From: Hyphochytrium catenoides
Taxonomy: Eukaryota > Protista > Hyphochytriomycota
Assembly: GCA_900088475.1 (NCBI GenBank)
Contig: FLMG01002834.1
Coordinates: forward strand, 1-37,299
Direction of reading: 5' to 3'
DNA length: 37,299 nucleotides
Each line of letters starts with the position of its first letter. The first letter of the stretch is position 1. Both the position numbers and the translations under genes were made by a program. Positions 1-11,918 of the stretch are shown one piece after another. The notes beneath the pieces are model-generated. The model searched no databases, was not told where the DNA came from, and saw only the letters and a list, made by a program, of their open reading frames with translations.

Positions 1-1204
1 ACCCTTCAGCGGATATTGACTGTTTAGGATCAAGCACAAGTAGGCAGCGAAGAAGGAAGACTCATCGCCCAGTCCCTAGTTCAGCCATGAAGGCCATAGT
101 AGGACGCTGCATAATTTGCCATTGGCTTCTGACGTCGTCCGGTCGTGTGGCCGGCGGCTATGTACGGGCGTTATATATATATAACCATGGATACCGCCAG
201 GAGGACAACCATAAGGCAAATCTCTCTTCTATAATTTACCGGCACTGCCACTGTGTGACGACATAAATGAACTAGCCGTCCATCGTCGACTGGCCCTAGA
301 GCTCTTGCTGCTGTCGTGCTGCTGACAGGCATTGATACACCTGCAGCTGCTCCTATCACGGCCAGAGTAACTTCAGCAACTCTTCTTCAACGTCGTCCAT
401 CGTCAAGATTAAAATTGCTTCGTGAGTCCGCTGCTGAGCTCGCTGCTGACAAAGATCCTTCCTTTGCCTACCCAGACACTTCCAGCTTTCTGATGATGTT
501 TCACAGCTGCTCACACAGGGGCTGGTACATGCTATTACTAATGTATTGGAAGACAGGGTTTGGTGAGGCTAACTGCCTTAGATTGTGGGATTATTATAGG
601 CGTCTCAGCTACCAAACCAGCCTTCTGTCTCCTCTCTGTGCCTGTTTTTCCTTTTCTCCTGTGTCTCTTCTACTCTGTTTCCCGCCCTTACTGTCTGTCT
701 CGATCTTACGCTTGTCTAATAATACTAAAGCATTGTCAGATTCATATCTCTTCTTTTTCGCGTCTCTTTCTCTGTGCCTCTGTCTCCCCGTCTGTCTCTC
801 CTGTCATAACTTCCCTCCTCCCCAGCTTCAGAATCTTTCCTTTCCTTCCAACGCCGCAGCGATCAGAGGCGAAGAACTTTTAACTTAATGAAGACTTTGT
901 GGGCGGCGCTGTCCTCGGCCTGGCGGTGTTGATGGACAAGTGAGCTATACATATATATATAGAGAGAGAGAGACAGAGATCTGTAAGGGGAAGGCTCAAG
1001 CAGCTCTCCCAGGGCACGTTGCTCATTGGCGTCTCTGCTAAACGTAAAGAGGCCTTGTTCGAACAGACAGCTCTGTTTCACATCTTTTCTCTTCCTGTCT
1101 CCACCACTCCTCTTAGTTTCTTCCTCAGTCTTGGTGCCCCTTGCTACATCGACCACGAGTCTCAAGCCCAAGCGGCTTGCCTCGCCTGAGGTGCTCTGTT
1201 CACA

Positions 1205-4200
1205 ATGGAGCCCAAGAGGGTCAATAGTTGGGGCACAAAGGTGGGGAGGAGAAGTGGGAGGAGAGATGCGAATGGTTTGCGCGCAGTGGACTATCTAAAG
1301 CCGGAAAGGAAGAACATTCGTGTCTTTATAGTCGTTGACAGGTTGCTACCTCTTTTTCCGGTCGCCTTTCTCTCCCTTTGCGGTTCTTGTTGGGCTCCTG
1401 ACTCTCTCCCTTAGGCTGCGGCCAGTTTCCTCCTCGGGGAAATCCTCCGATTCCTCCGAGTCTAACTCTCATGCGTCTGTTCTCTCCGCGCAGAAGTTTC
1501 TGCTGTCTCTTCTCTCTGGGGCTCCTCATCTGTCTTCTCTTTCTTGTTGCTCTTTCCTCTCCCATCTATTCTCCTCACAAACCACGGCCTTGCCGTATAT
1601 CTTTTTGCTTTTTTCTCACTCTCAACCTTTTTCCCTCTTCCCACCCAATCTTCCTTCTGTCAACCCTACTCTCCTACCAGACCTCTCTTCTCCTTCTTTC
1701 CCTTTTGCTCTCTCCTTTTCTGTTCTTCCTCCTCTATCGCTTCGCACTCTCATTGTTCCCATTCGCTTTCACCGAGAGTTCCCTGACCTTGGCACGCCTC
1801 TCTCTCTTCTTCTTCTTTCGCCCGTGCTGCGTTTTAGATTGCCCCTTAAATGGACCAAGGACGAAGAGGGCCGTCATGTTCCCGTTTGGATGGATGACAC
1901 GGTGGTGGACGTGGAGGACCATACATTGCCTGAGAGAGTCCACTCGCTCAGTGACGTTGACTACACCTATCACTACATAGGAAGACCTAACTTCTATGTG
2001 CCGGAGAAGGAGAGAGACCAGGTGAGTACATTGAGGACAGAGAAGAGATATAAGGCGAAAGTGCGTGATATTCTGAACAATAAAGGAATTCGGGGCCGAG
2101 TGCAGGGTTGTGTGCTTGCGTGTTGGGCGGAGGGGTGGGGTGGGAGTAAGAGGAGAGAGAGAGAGAGCAGAGAGAACAGGAGAGAGAGGGAGAGAGAGAG
2201 AGGGAAGGGGTCACTAGGGACAAAGAGGCAAGGATGAAGCGGAAGGGAGCGGATAAGAGATAGGACCAATCTGCCGCATCATCCTACATGCTTGACTATG
2301 AGAAGGACCCGACCAGCATCAAGAAGAAGAACAGATATTAGGAAACCCTATAATTAGCGCTTAGGACCGGGCAAAGCCATTGATTTTTATCTTCTTTCTC
2401 TTGACATTTGCCCTCTGGTAGGTTCGCGAAGTGCTGGCGGAAAAGAACTGCACTCCCATCTTCATGGACCAGGAGCTGTGGAGCAGCTATTACAAGGGAT
2501 ATTGCAAGTCCATCCTTTGGCCCGTCTTCCATAGCATCATAGACATCTACACCACCTCGAGAGTTGTGCTGGAGGAGACCGCTGTAAGACGGACCAAAAC
2601 TCCTCCTTGAATTCCTCTGTCTTCTTGATCCCTTTCCCTGCCCTGCAGAACTTCTTCATCGTTCTTACTGCCTCCATGGGGATGTTCCTCTCATTTGATC
2701 TTCGTTGTCTAGCCTCTGACTTGATGTAGCGGCTTCGCTCATGTTCGTTTTCTATTGGCTCGGTTCTGTATCTCTTTGTGCCTCAGGAGCCTATGCCAGA
2801 GGGTGCCTGGACCCCAAAGATGCAAGAAAGACTATGGCACGGTTATTGCCAGGCCAATAGAATGTTCGCAGATGCTGTTCTTTCTTGCTATTCCGAGGGT
2901 ACGTCGTTTCTGTTTGCAGCCGCAGCGCATCTCTTATAAAGTCCTGCTAGGCCGTCTTAGCGAGCGTTCAGTTGGCGTTTTCTAGCCCATTCTTTGCCAA
3001 ACGATGCTCTTAACGTTGTCTCCTATCTCTGACCGGCTTCAACCGCTAAACCTCTCCTCTCCAGGCGATATCGTCTGGATTCACGGCTATCATTTACTGC
3101 TGGTCCCTTCCTTTATTGCTCGGAAGATGCCGACCGTTAACATGGGAATGTTTTTACATATCCCTTTCCCTACGTCAGCCATCTTCCGCACGCTTTCGAT
3201 GCGGAAGGAGCTTCTACGGGGAATGTTGAACGTGGATCACATCGGCTTCCACCTCTTTTCATATGCGCGCAACTTCCTCTCATGCTGCAGAAGACTGTTG
3301 GGTACTTATGCTGGAGCTATGACCCTCTTCAGCTCTTTTTCGACTAACGTGTCTCCGTCATTGGCGCCGTTTTTTTGGACTAGGCTTGGAATATCAGAGC
3401 AGTATGGACGGCCTTCTTGGCGTAGATTATTATGGTCGAAGGGTGACCATCACCTGTTCACATGCCGCGGTCACTCCTAGGACAATAGATAAGCTCGTAG
3501 CATCCTCAAATCTGAGAGACCTAGTGGCAGAAAAGAGAAAGAAGTATGGGAAGAAGGTTAGTTCGGACAGAATGGCTACCTGGCCCTTGCTCAATGCTTC
3601 GTCTAGCTGCGTTGGCTCCTAGACTTGCAGACGCATCAAAACCGTTCTCCTCCTATCATTTGCTGCACTCTGCTCCCTGACCTGAGCTTCGTTCCCTGCT
3701 TAGATCTCCATGACTTCGTTACCTTATGTGTACACAGATTGTCATCGCAGGATGTGATTCTATTGAGCGATTGAAGGGCATCCCCGTCAAAATGATAGCG
3801 TTTCACCAGCTGCTCCTAAGACAGCCGCAATGGGTCGGGAAAGTCGTCTTTGTGCAGATCGGCCTTCATGCAGGTAAACCATTTGAGTGAATTGGTTGGG
3901 GATTTTTCACTTGCTTCAATCGCACAGCCCGTCAAACTCCGTACCTTGTGCGGTCGGGCTAACCTCGCGTCAACCTTGAGAGTCTGTTGCTGGTGCTGCA
4001 CGGTTCCTTGTTTCCCTCGGTCACTGCTGTTCGCCCCCGGAGGGTTTCTTCTCCATGTTTCGTGGATAGTACATGACCTCTAGAGCTATGGCCGACCCTT
4101 TTGACACTTATATTGCTATGGACCTTGATGCATCGTTAGAGTTGCCCGCGTCACTAGATCAAATGGAGAGGTCAAGCTTAGCTACCACCAGTGTCTCACA

Positions 4201-7200
4201 TCCTCTTTCTACCTACCTATGGCAGATGCCCGTGATAAGGACTATGTAAACAGCAAAGACGAGATTAAGGAGCTGGCCCGTCAGATAAACGCAAAGTTTC
4301 AAGCCCAAGCAGGAGGGCCTCTTGTCTACTTCTATGAGGAGGATACCATCTCAACCTCTGAACGACTGGCGTTATGGAGGGTAGCAGACGTCTATTTCAA
4401 CACTGCGCTGAGGGAAGGATTCAATCCTTGCAGCTTCGAGTACATTGTGGCTCATAGGCAGCCAGCAGGTTGGTCTTTCCTATCTGTCCTGACATCGCCA
4501 CATCTAGCATCATGGGGCCTCTCTCACTGGTGGGCATTCCATCAACAAATATTGACTGTTGCGCCTACTACTAGGCGCAGTCATCTTGAGTGAGTTTTCC
4601 ACCGCGAGCAGGGTCCTCAGCGGCGCAATGCGAATCAATCCTTGGGAGATCGAGTCAACCGTAGACACACTAAGGTATGCTATCGGCGAAAGACCATGAC
4701 AGTGATGGTTAGAGGATACAAAGAGGGAGTACGGAGGTGCGCACCATGAGGGGAGAAGAGAGATAGGCAGGAAGAAGAGTGAAGATAGGCCAAGAGAGGG
4801 ATATGAGGTCAACGACAGAGACGGAAAAAGAATCAGAGTGGCACTAGATCTCTCCTCTTAATTGGCTACTTATGGTTGTCGTCCAGCCAAACACTAGCGA
4901 TGAGCGCCTCAGAGAGGGAAGCACGGCGAGCTAAGGATATGAAGTACATCATAAGCAATCGGCCTGAGATCTGGGCGAAGAGAATCGTCCAAGATATTAG
5001 AAATGCCAGGAAAAAGGTATCTGAGTACACTGTTTCTGTCTTGTTCAGACGATCCACCATTGCTTAACCTTTCCTTTCTGATCCCGTCCAGTGCCCTCTC
5101 TTCCTATGTTAATCTGTCTCCCCTTCTTTGCTTGGCAACAGGAGGACAAGTATGTCTATATGGGCACGGGCTTTGGCCTCGAGTTCCGAGTCTTAGAGCT
5201 AGGGCAGGAGTTCCAGAAGTTGGAGCCGAACGTTGTGGCGGCTGCCTACAGGAAGAGCAACAGGCGAACATTGATCTTTGATTATTATGGCACGCTCGTC
5301 CCCATGCGAGCAGTTAACTCTGGAGAGGACTGGCCTGACGTGCCGCCACGTATGTCACTCACTCTTCTTACAATTCTCTACAATTTCTCCTTCTTACTCC
5401 CTCTTTGAGTGCTGTATTTTCCGCTTTTGCGTCTCTGTCGCCTGATCTGCTGGCTCTTCACAATTTGAAGCCGCAGAGCGCTTTATCTCTATCCTGAGCT
5501 GCAGCGGAACTGTCACTTTGTGCTGTCGAACCTTCTGCTCGCCTTAGATGAACTCCCAGTCGAACGTAGCCTAAACTTTCATCACTTTATGACATAGGGA
5601 TACTGACTGCGCTGGAACACCTGTGCAAGGACCCACGTAATACGGTCTTTGTCATAAGCTCAGTCGGCAGAGAGCTGCTGGCTGAGAAGTTTGCCTCAGT
5701 CCCTGGGCTTGGGTTGGCAGCCGAGCACGGCTATTTCCTCAAGCTTGCCAAAAGAGGCACAGCGGCCAGGTCAGGCTCGCAAAATGTTCGCTTTGCCCTG
5801 GCCCCTCATCCCTATGCCCCTCTAAGTGGTCTTATACTGACGTCCTGGAGCTGCCTACGCCTTGTGCTCATCAAAGTCCGGGCTTCCTGCGCTTCTCGCT
5901 TTCCTTTACTGACTGACCGCTACGGTGCGGGCCTTTCTCCCGTCACGTCGGATGACTTTTGCTTGTCTACTGCTTCTTCCTTACTTAATGTTTAACTTTC
6001 TCCGGTTTCAACGTCCAAAATCACAGGCTGGACAAGCCCTGGGAGCTGTCGGATCCCTCCCTCGCGCGAGTGAACAATGGCTGGAAGGAGCTAGTTATCT
6101 CTCTGATGGAGCAGTTCGTGGAGAGGACAAACGGGGCAGAGCTGGAAGTGAAGGAGAGTGCCGTACTCTTCCGGTTTGAGGCAACGGACCCAGAATTTGG
6201 GCAAGTTCAAGGAAAGGAGCTGGCCCACAGCCTCGTTGGCCTGTTAGAGGTGAGCTCTACTACTTCTTGGAAATAATTGTCTCCCTCTCTTACTCTGTCT
6301 CTCTCTCACACGAAGACTCTCTGTCTCTGTCACTCTGTATCTCTCTCTTTACCTCTTCCATTGGCCCTTTTCGTACCTCTCACATTCCTGCACGGCAACT
6401 GCAAACAGAACTGGCCGCTCCAGGTCATCACTGGCAAGAAGTATGTTGAAGTTCGACCTCAGAACGTTGGCGCCCAGCACTTTCTGAAGCGTGTACTACG
6501 CGAGATCGAGAGCAGCACTGGCGGCTCCCCAGACTTCATTCTTTGCGTGGGAGACGACAAAGGCGACGAAGAGATGTTTGACTTCGTAGAGAGCTATGCC
6601 GCAAAAGGTAGGCCCGCAACTGGCAAATGAGTCGAGAGACGGCTTCGCAATAGTGAGCAAAGGACAAAAACGTTGAACAGAAGTGAGAGATGGATGACAA
6701 GGGATACGAGACCTCAGATCGTAATGGAAGACGGTCAGACGGTCACAGATGCGCTCCCGTGAGGGTCAAGGGCTAAGAGGGAAAGTCAAGAAGGGACTGA
6801 CATCAGACCAATAGGGTCAAGAGAGAGCGGCCCCGTAGAACAGAAGGCACAGGAGGACTTAACGTCTGTCTGTCTGATTGTGCTTTGTCCCTCTTTAGAC
6901 TCCCACGACCGCAACCTGCAGCACTTCACCATCACGGTGGGGAGGAAACCCTCTAAGGCCCATTACTATGTGGATAGCACAGAGGAAGTGGGCGGCCTAC
7001 TGGCTGCGCTGGACACTTGCTCGCTCAAGTCCAACAGGAATTATTCTGCCAATGACCTCCAGGTCATGGCTGCCAAGCTGCCTAGCATCAAAGGCATCAG
7101 CAGCGTGACGGAGGCCGTCTCACGATTTGCAAGGAAAAGGAGCTCATCATCGCTCAGTTCTCTTAGAGGTAGAGAGTCTGTTTGGCTTCCTTAATGACTT

Positions 7201-7729
7201 ACCGACACATGTTGCGCCTGTTGCTTCCTATCCACCTCTTCTCTCTCGTTTTCTCTCTCTCTTTCTCGTTTCTGTCTCTCACGCTCTCTCCTCTCTCGTC
7301 TCTCTCTCTCTTTGCCCACGCGATTCCTCTTCACTCTCTTTCCGTGTATCATTTCTTGTCACCTCTATGACTGTCTGATCTCTTGCTTGGTCCCCTTCAA
7401 CCTACTCTTCTATTGTCCGTGCCTCTTTTCTCTCATCTTTTGAGCTCGTTCACCCACTATGTCCCGCTGTTCCATCCCGACGCACAGGAGGAAATCTTGA
7501 GCCCGTTATTGAAGAGCAAGAGCAGCTTTCATCTGACGACCAACACTCTCGAAGGGTGCAGCGGCAAAATCAGGAGGAAGGAGAGACGCCCTCATGGGTG
7601 GAAACGCTACTCTTCTGGGCTAAAATGTTTGGCTACATGGGAGTGTCACTGGTGGCCATTATAGCGTATAGACGAGCACTAGCGCAGAAACGGCAGCGCT
7701 TGGTGGCTCATCAGTCCAATGTAGTCTAG
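1205..7729 (+). CDS. TPS: Trehalose-6-phosphate synthase/phosphatase fusion (GT20 + HAD), about 16 exons, degenerate catalytic motifs, C-terminal hydrophobic tail
   Basis: Phase-consistent GT-AG splicing joins VFIVVDR|LPLKW, YYKGYCKSILWPVFH, VWIHGYHLLLVP, GMFLHIPFP, GCDSIERLKGIP, ALREGFNPCSFEY, VILSEF..RINPWE, LIFDYYGTL, LAAEHG, CVGDDKGDEEMF and TVGRKPSKAHYY. First exon 1205-1341, last exon 7488-7729. Confidence 0.93.
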
Positions 7730-7895
7730 GCGGAGAGCTGTGTACAATCTATTTATTCGCTGGACTTGCCAACCAGAAATCTGAGTAACTTTTCTATCTC
7801 TCTCCCAGAGCTGTCTTCAGTACGCTGTCATTGACTAGCAGCACGTTCAAGCCTTACAACGTCGTGAGTGCCGCTTCCCACTGCTTTTGTTCCCA

Positions 7896-7925
7896 TGGCC
7901 ACACTCGGGCTGGCCACACTCGGGC
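7896..7925. repeat. Perfect 15-bp tandem duplication (TGGCCACACTCGGGC x2)
   Basis: Read directly: 7896-7910 and 7911-7925 are identical. Confidence 0.85.
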
Positions 7926-8692
7926 GTCCTTTGCATGAAGAGTGTCACCGTGTATGGCGAGAAGACCCTCTTATCTTCTGACCGCAAATGAATAGCTAAA
8001 GCTTGTGAGAAGTAGTCGGCTGGGAATTCCGCGCTCTATCGGTTTCTCTTGCGGTTTTCTCTCCTTCTCAGTACATTCTCTCCCTCGCTTCTTATTCCTC
8101 TCATCGGTTCTCTCCTCCTTTTCTTTCACATCTTCTCTCTCCTTTCCCTGTTTAGCACCTTTCTTGCTCTTCTGCTGCTGGAAGGAGAACAAGAACTCAA
8201 GAAGCCGTCCCTCTCCACTTCCTTCTTCTCAGATGTTTCTTCCTTTCTAAAAATTTGCCTTGCCATCTCTTTTCCTTTGATTTTCCTCCTCTCTTCTCCA
8301 CTTTCTTCTCTTTGTCCATCTGCTTCTTCTCCCATCATCATCCCACTACCATGCCACATATTCATATCCCTTCGCATCGTCATATTGAAAGAAGGGAGAG
8401 GAGAGAGCGCACCAAACTGATAGAGCCCACAGGTAGCAGAGAAGCGAAGCGAACCGGCGGGGTGGTGAGACAGAGAAGAGAAATATTGATGAAGAATCAT
8501 CAACCACCAGGCAGTAGAACTATTACAAGGTCTACTACTGTTCTACACTGATGAGGCTGATGATAACGGGAAACACCAGTGGTACTACCAGACCGCAGAG
8601 AGAGAGAAAGAGACAGAGAGAGCAGCTACAAAGAAAGAGGGCAGCTAGAAAGAAGAGAGACTAGGAAAAGGAGAGACAAGAAGGATAGACTA

Positions 8693-8693
<1 letters not shown>

Positions 8694-8724
<31 letters not shown>
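8694..8724. repeat. (AG)n microsatellite within a long purine-rich tract (about 8590-8830)
   Basis: Uninterrupted AG dinucleotide run. Confidence 0.9.
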
Positions 8725-8728
<4 letters not shown>

Positions 8729-9136
8729 TGGGGGAGGGAGAGGAGAAAGTTCAAAAAGAAGAGAGGAGAGAAGACACACAAGACACACAAAGAGCGAGGC
8801 AGAGACGGAGAGACAGATCGACGAAGAGCAGGTGGGAAAGGTACAAAGCCCTTTACTGTGTATACAAGGGGTAAAGGGCAAGCAAGGACGGAACGAAACC
8901 CCGAGACAGAGTGCCGGAGAGATATAAAGAACAACAAGAGGTTCTCTGTAGTGCTGATCAACGGCCAGTCTACTGTTTTACCACCATTTCGTACGCACCT
9001 GTATTGCACAACAACACGAACTACTGACCTGTCTAAGGGGACCTCTATCAAGCAAGGGAGCCGCAATACTCTGGCAGTACTCGTAGTATGGCGGAACTGA
9101 CGGGAGAGCTGGTGGTGATCTGACTGACGAAAGGAT

Positions 9137-10010
9137 CACAGGACACTCCATTCATTTCTTTTTTGTACAGGTAACTCTGGCCCTGGCCCTTCAAGGACAG
9201 ACGGACATTCCCTATTGTGGGTCACCCTACAGAGTACTTTCAGTAGTAACCTGTAACCTGTACATAGCTAGCCAGTCAAGAGGTCACAAAAAGCCTCTCC
9301 AACCCTGGTGGTCCAGGCAATGAGGGTAACATCAAGTTCCTCTGTCTTTGTCTATAGGAAGTATGGTCCTCCCCAGTCTCAGGAAAGTGGAAGGGGGAGA
9401 CACTGATGAGATCCCAGAGACCCAACCGATTCTGCTGGAACCGAATGTTCGGCTTGGAAGAGAGGACATAAGAGAAAGTCGAAATAGACTATGAGTGAGA
9501 TATTTTGAAGGGGCAAAGAGCTTTTATCAGCGCGATAAAGTTCAAAAGGAGGGAAGACAGAGAGTGTAGAGATAGACCAGTCCTTGAATATAAATCTCAT
9601 CTGGAAAGAAACGGAACTATCCAGTTCTAAAGTTTCAGAAATTTGAAAATAGCGGGGCTTTGATTAGCCACTCCAATATCTGTCGTGAAGGTTTCCATAC
9701 CTTTCAAGCTATGAAAGCTTTCATCAGGTCTGTCTCGATCACCCCCGCACTGCACAATTGTGAAGGAGAAGAGAAGGAACAACCTTCACCACCACAAAAA
9801 TCACAGCACAAGTCTCTTTTTTTCTCTCGTCTCACTCTGTCTTACAACCAAAACCCTACCTATGCAGTATGATATATATCTCACGCTATCTCTTTCTTTG
9901 CCCTTTTCTCCTTTTGTTCTGTGCCACTGACGCCAGGGGATAAACCCCTTTCTCTGTCCTCTCACTGGCGGGCAGGAGGGTGGACGGCAGGGGCGGACTC
10001 CAGTCGTGAC
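9137..10010 (-). CDS. Possible spliced hypothetical protein (ends uncertain)
   Basis: Several small GT-AG-bounded exons join in phase: ...LLPAS|RVLV|CGGDRDRPDESFHSLK|DEIYIQGL|PNIRFQQNRLGLWDLISVSPFHFPETGEDHTSY... No start codon or recognised family was found. Confidence 0.3.
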
Positions 10011-10242
10011 GACGTGACACGAAAGAGAGAGACAGAGCGACACGGACAGATGAAGAAGAGTGGACGTGAGATACGGGATATCCTAGGGATAAGAAGACAG
10101 ACAATGAGAGAGAGAGAGATGGAGAGAACGAAAGAGAGAGAGAGAGAGATAAGGAGACCAAGCCCCAGTGGCCCGACTTTTTGGCTAGGGTTATGAGTCT
10201 GTGCTACATGCAATCACTAATCTATCAAAGGGACTGGAGTCA

Positions 10243-10243
10243 T

Positions 10244-10286
<43 letters not shown>

Positions 10287-10295
10287 TCCTCTCTC
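10243..10295. repeat. (CT)n microsatellite
   Basis: Long CT dinucleotide run. Confidence 0.9.
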
Positions 10296-10929
10296 TTCCC
10301 CTTCATTTTCTACCCTTCACTTACCCTGTCTTCCTTTTCTGAGTTCATCACTCTGTCTCTCCAACTAAAACCTCAAAGAATCGGCTGCCACAGGAGTCAG
10401 CTGGAGGACAGGGTAGTGGCTGGCGTCAAAGAACAAAAGACAGAGTGACGGGGCCAAAAGATAGTCAGCATAAGGGCGGGAGAGTGAGAGAGGGAGTGAG
10501 AGAGCAAGAGAGAGCGAGAGAGCAAGAGAGAGGGAGGACGAGAGAGGGAGAGGAAGAGAGAGGAGCGGAAGGAAGGTACCAAGGGGACAGAGCGAGCGCT
10601 ACCAAAAGCCGGGAACCACCGATGATCTTCACTTGATCTTCTCCAAGCTCGCAATCCATCTTCGTGCTACTCTTGAGCGCCGCATCTGCTTCCTTCTTCG
10701 TTCGACTACTGAAGAAGAGACAGCGGAAGATGGCGAGCAGGGTAGTCAGAAGAGCAAGGAGGCGCCGGTTGTCTCTCTGAGCTTCCAGCTCAGTCCCCAC
10801 TGGAGACGGCCAAGGAACCAAGAAGAGAAGCAGCTTCCTTTGCCTCTCTTCATTAGCAAGGTCTCACTCTATCAAGCGTGGGTCTGTCACTCTTCTCCCG
10901 AGAGTCTTTCTCTCTCTCTCTTTGTGAAG

Positions 10930-11559
10930 ATGGCTGAAGGTTGGGTCATCAAGCAGCTCCCTGCAGAGCATGGAAACACTTCGTATGAGGGCATCTTCTA
11001 TTGTCGTCTGGAGGCTGGGGAGCTACGCTTCATGACGGCGGAAGGAGAAGACGAGATACACAGTGTCTTCCCTCTCTATGGTCAGCGTCGGATATCATTG
11101 ATGAAGTCGTCCTTTGACCATCGCCAGCTGATGATTCTTTGTTCTCTGGGCAACGGTGATGAGCGGAAGCTTGAGCGCCAAGTGCTGAACGTCATTTTGC
11201 CTTCGAGAAGCATCAGGGACGGCTGGTACTCAGCCATTAAGAAGTGGAGGCAGCTGGGATGGATGGACCCTCAGCGCTTCACTGCAGAGAGAAACGATAG
11301 GACAGACAGGCAACTCTTAGAGTGCGTTATCAGAGACCGAAGGCTCTGCAGAGCGCGAGAACCCGGCCAGCCGACTTCTCAGTCAAATGCCTCTATTCGC
11401 GTACATCGAGTGCTAGGAATGAGCCATCTGGCGCAGGAGAAGGCGGTCAGACAGCACAGACTGCACTCTGTTCCTCTGCTAAACGAGAAAAAATCTCCCT
11501 TTCCTCATCCCTTCCACAGTACAGTCTTAGCAGCTGCCCCGCTGGAGCCTGTGCCCTAA
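10930..11559 (+). CDS. PH-domain-like protein, single exon, about 209 aa
   Basis: From ATG 10930: EGWVIKQ (PH beta-1 signature), FYCRLEAGELRF, and a closing helix SRSIRDGWYSAIKK with the conserved Trp. Confidence 0.65.
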   Translation: MAEGWVIKQLPAEHGNTSYEGIFYCRLEAGELRFMTAEGEDEIHSVFPLYGQRRISLMKSSFDHRQLMILCSLGNGDERKLERQVLNVILPSRSIRDGWYSAIKKWRQLGWMDPQRFTAERNDRTDRQLLECVIRDRRLCRAREPGQPTSQSNASIRVHRVLGMSHLAQEKAVRQHRLHSVPLLNEKKSPFPHPFHSTVLAAAPLEPVP

Positions 11560-11918
11560 GAAGGGATGAGGGCCTTGGGAAGGGTAGAGATAGGAGAAGG
11601 CATAGTGTTAGTGTTAGAGATAGCTTTCCACTTATTTATTTATCAGTGGCCGTGATTTATTCATCAATATATATTGGAGTTGATGAGTGTTGCTGCTAGA
11701 CAGAGGACTTGAGAGGTATATGTTAGAGGGAATCGTTGAATGGATCCCGTACCGCTGCTAATGTCAAACGGGCAGCAGCGTGAGCATCAGGCTCATCCAT
11801 TCCTCCCGTCTGGACCTCCGCAGCGATGACGGTCTTCGCTTCCCTGATGAGCTTATCTTCTCTTCCGTCAACAAAGGCTAATTGACCACCGGTTTCCAGA
11901 ATAGTCTTGGGTGGTCTA

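Noticed and set aside
316-1786. Many overlapping Leu/Ser/Phe-rich ORFs that look membrane-like (also 7971-8881, 15331-16019, 36613-36807)
   Set aside because: They are translations of CT/AG low-complexity introns or spacers, which are depleted of stop codons.
9711-9724. 14-bp palindrome ATGAAAGCTTTCAT
   Set aside because: A single short palindrome is expected by chance in 37 kb.
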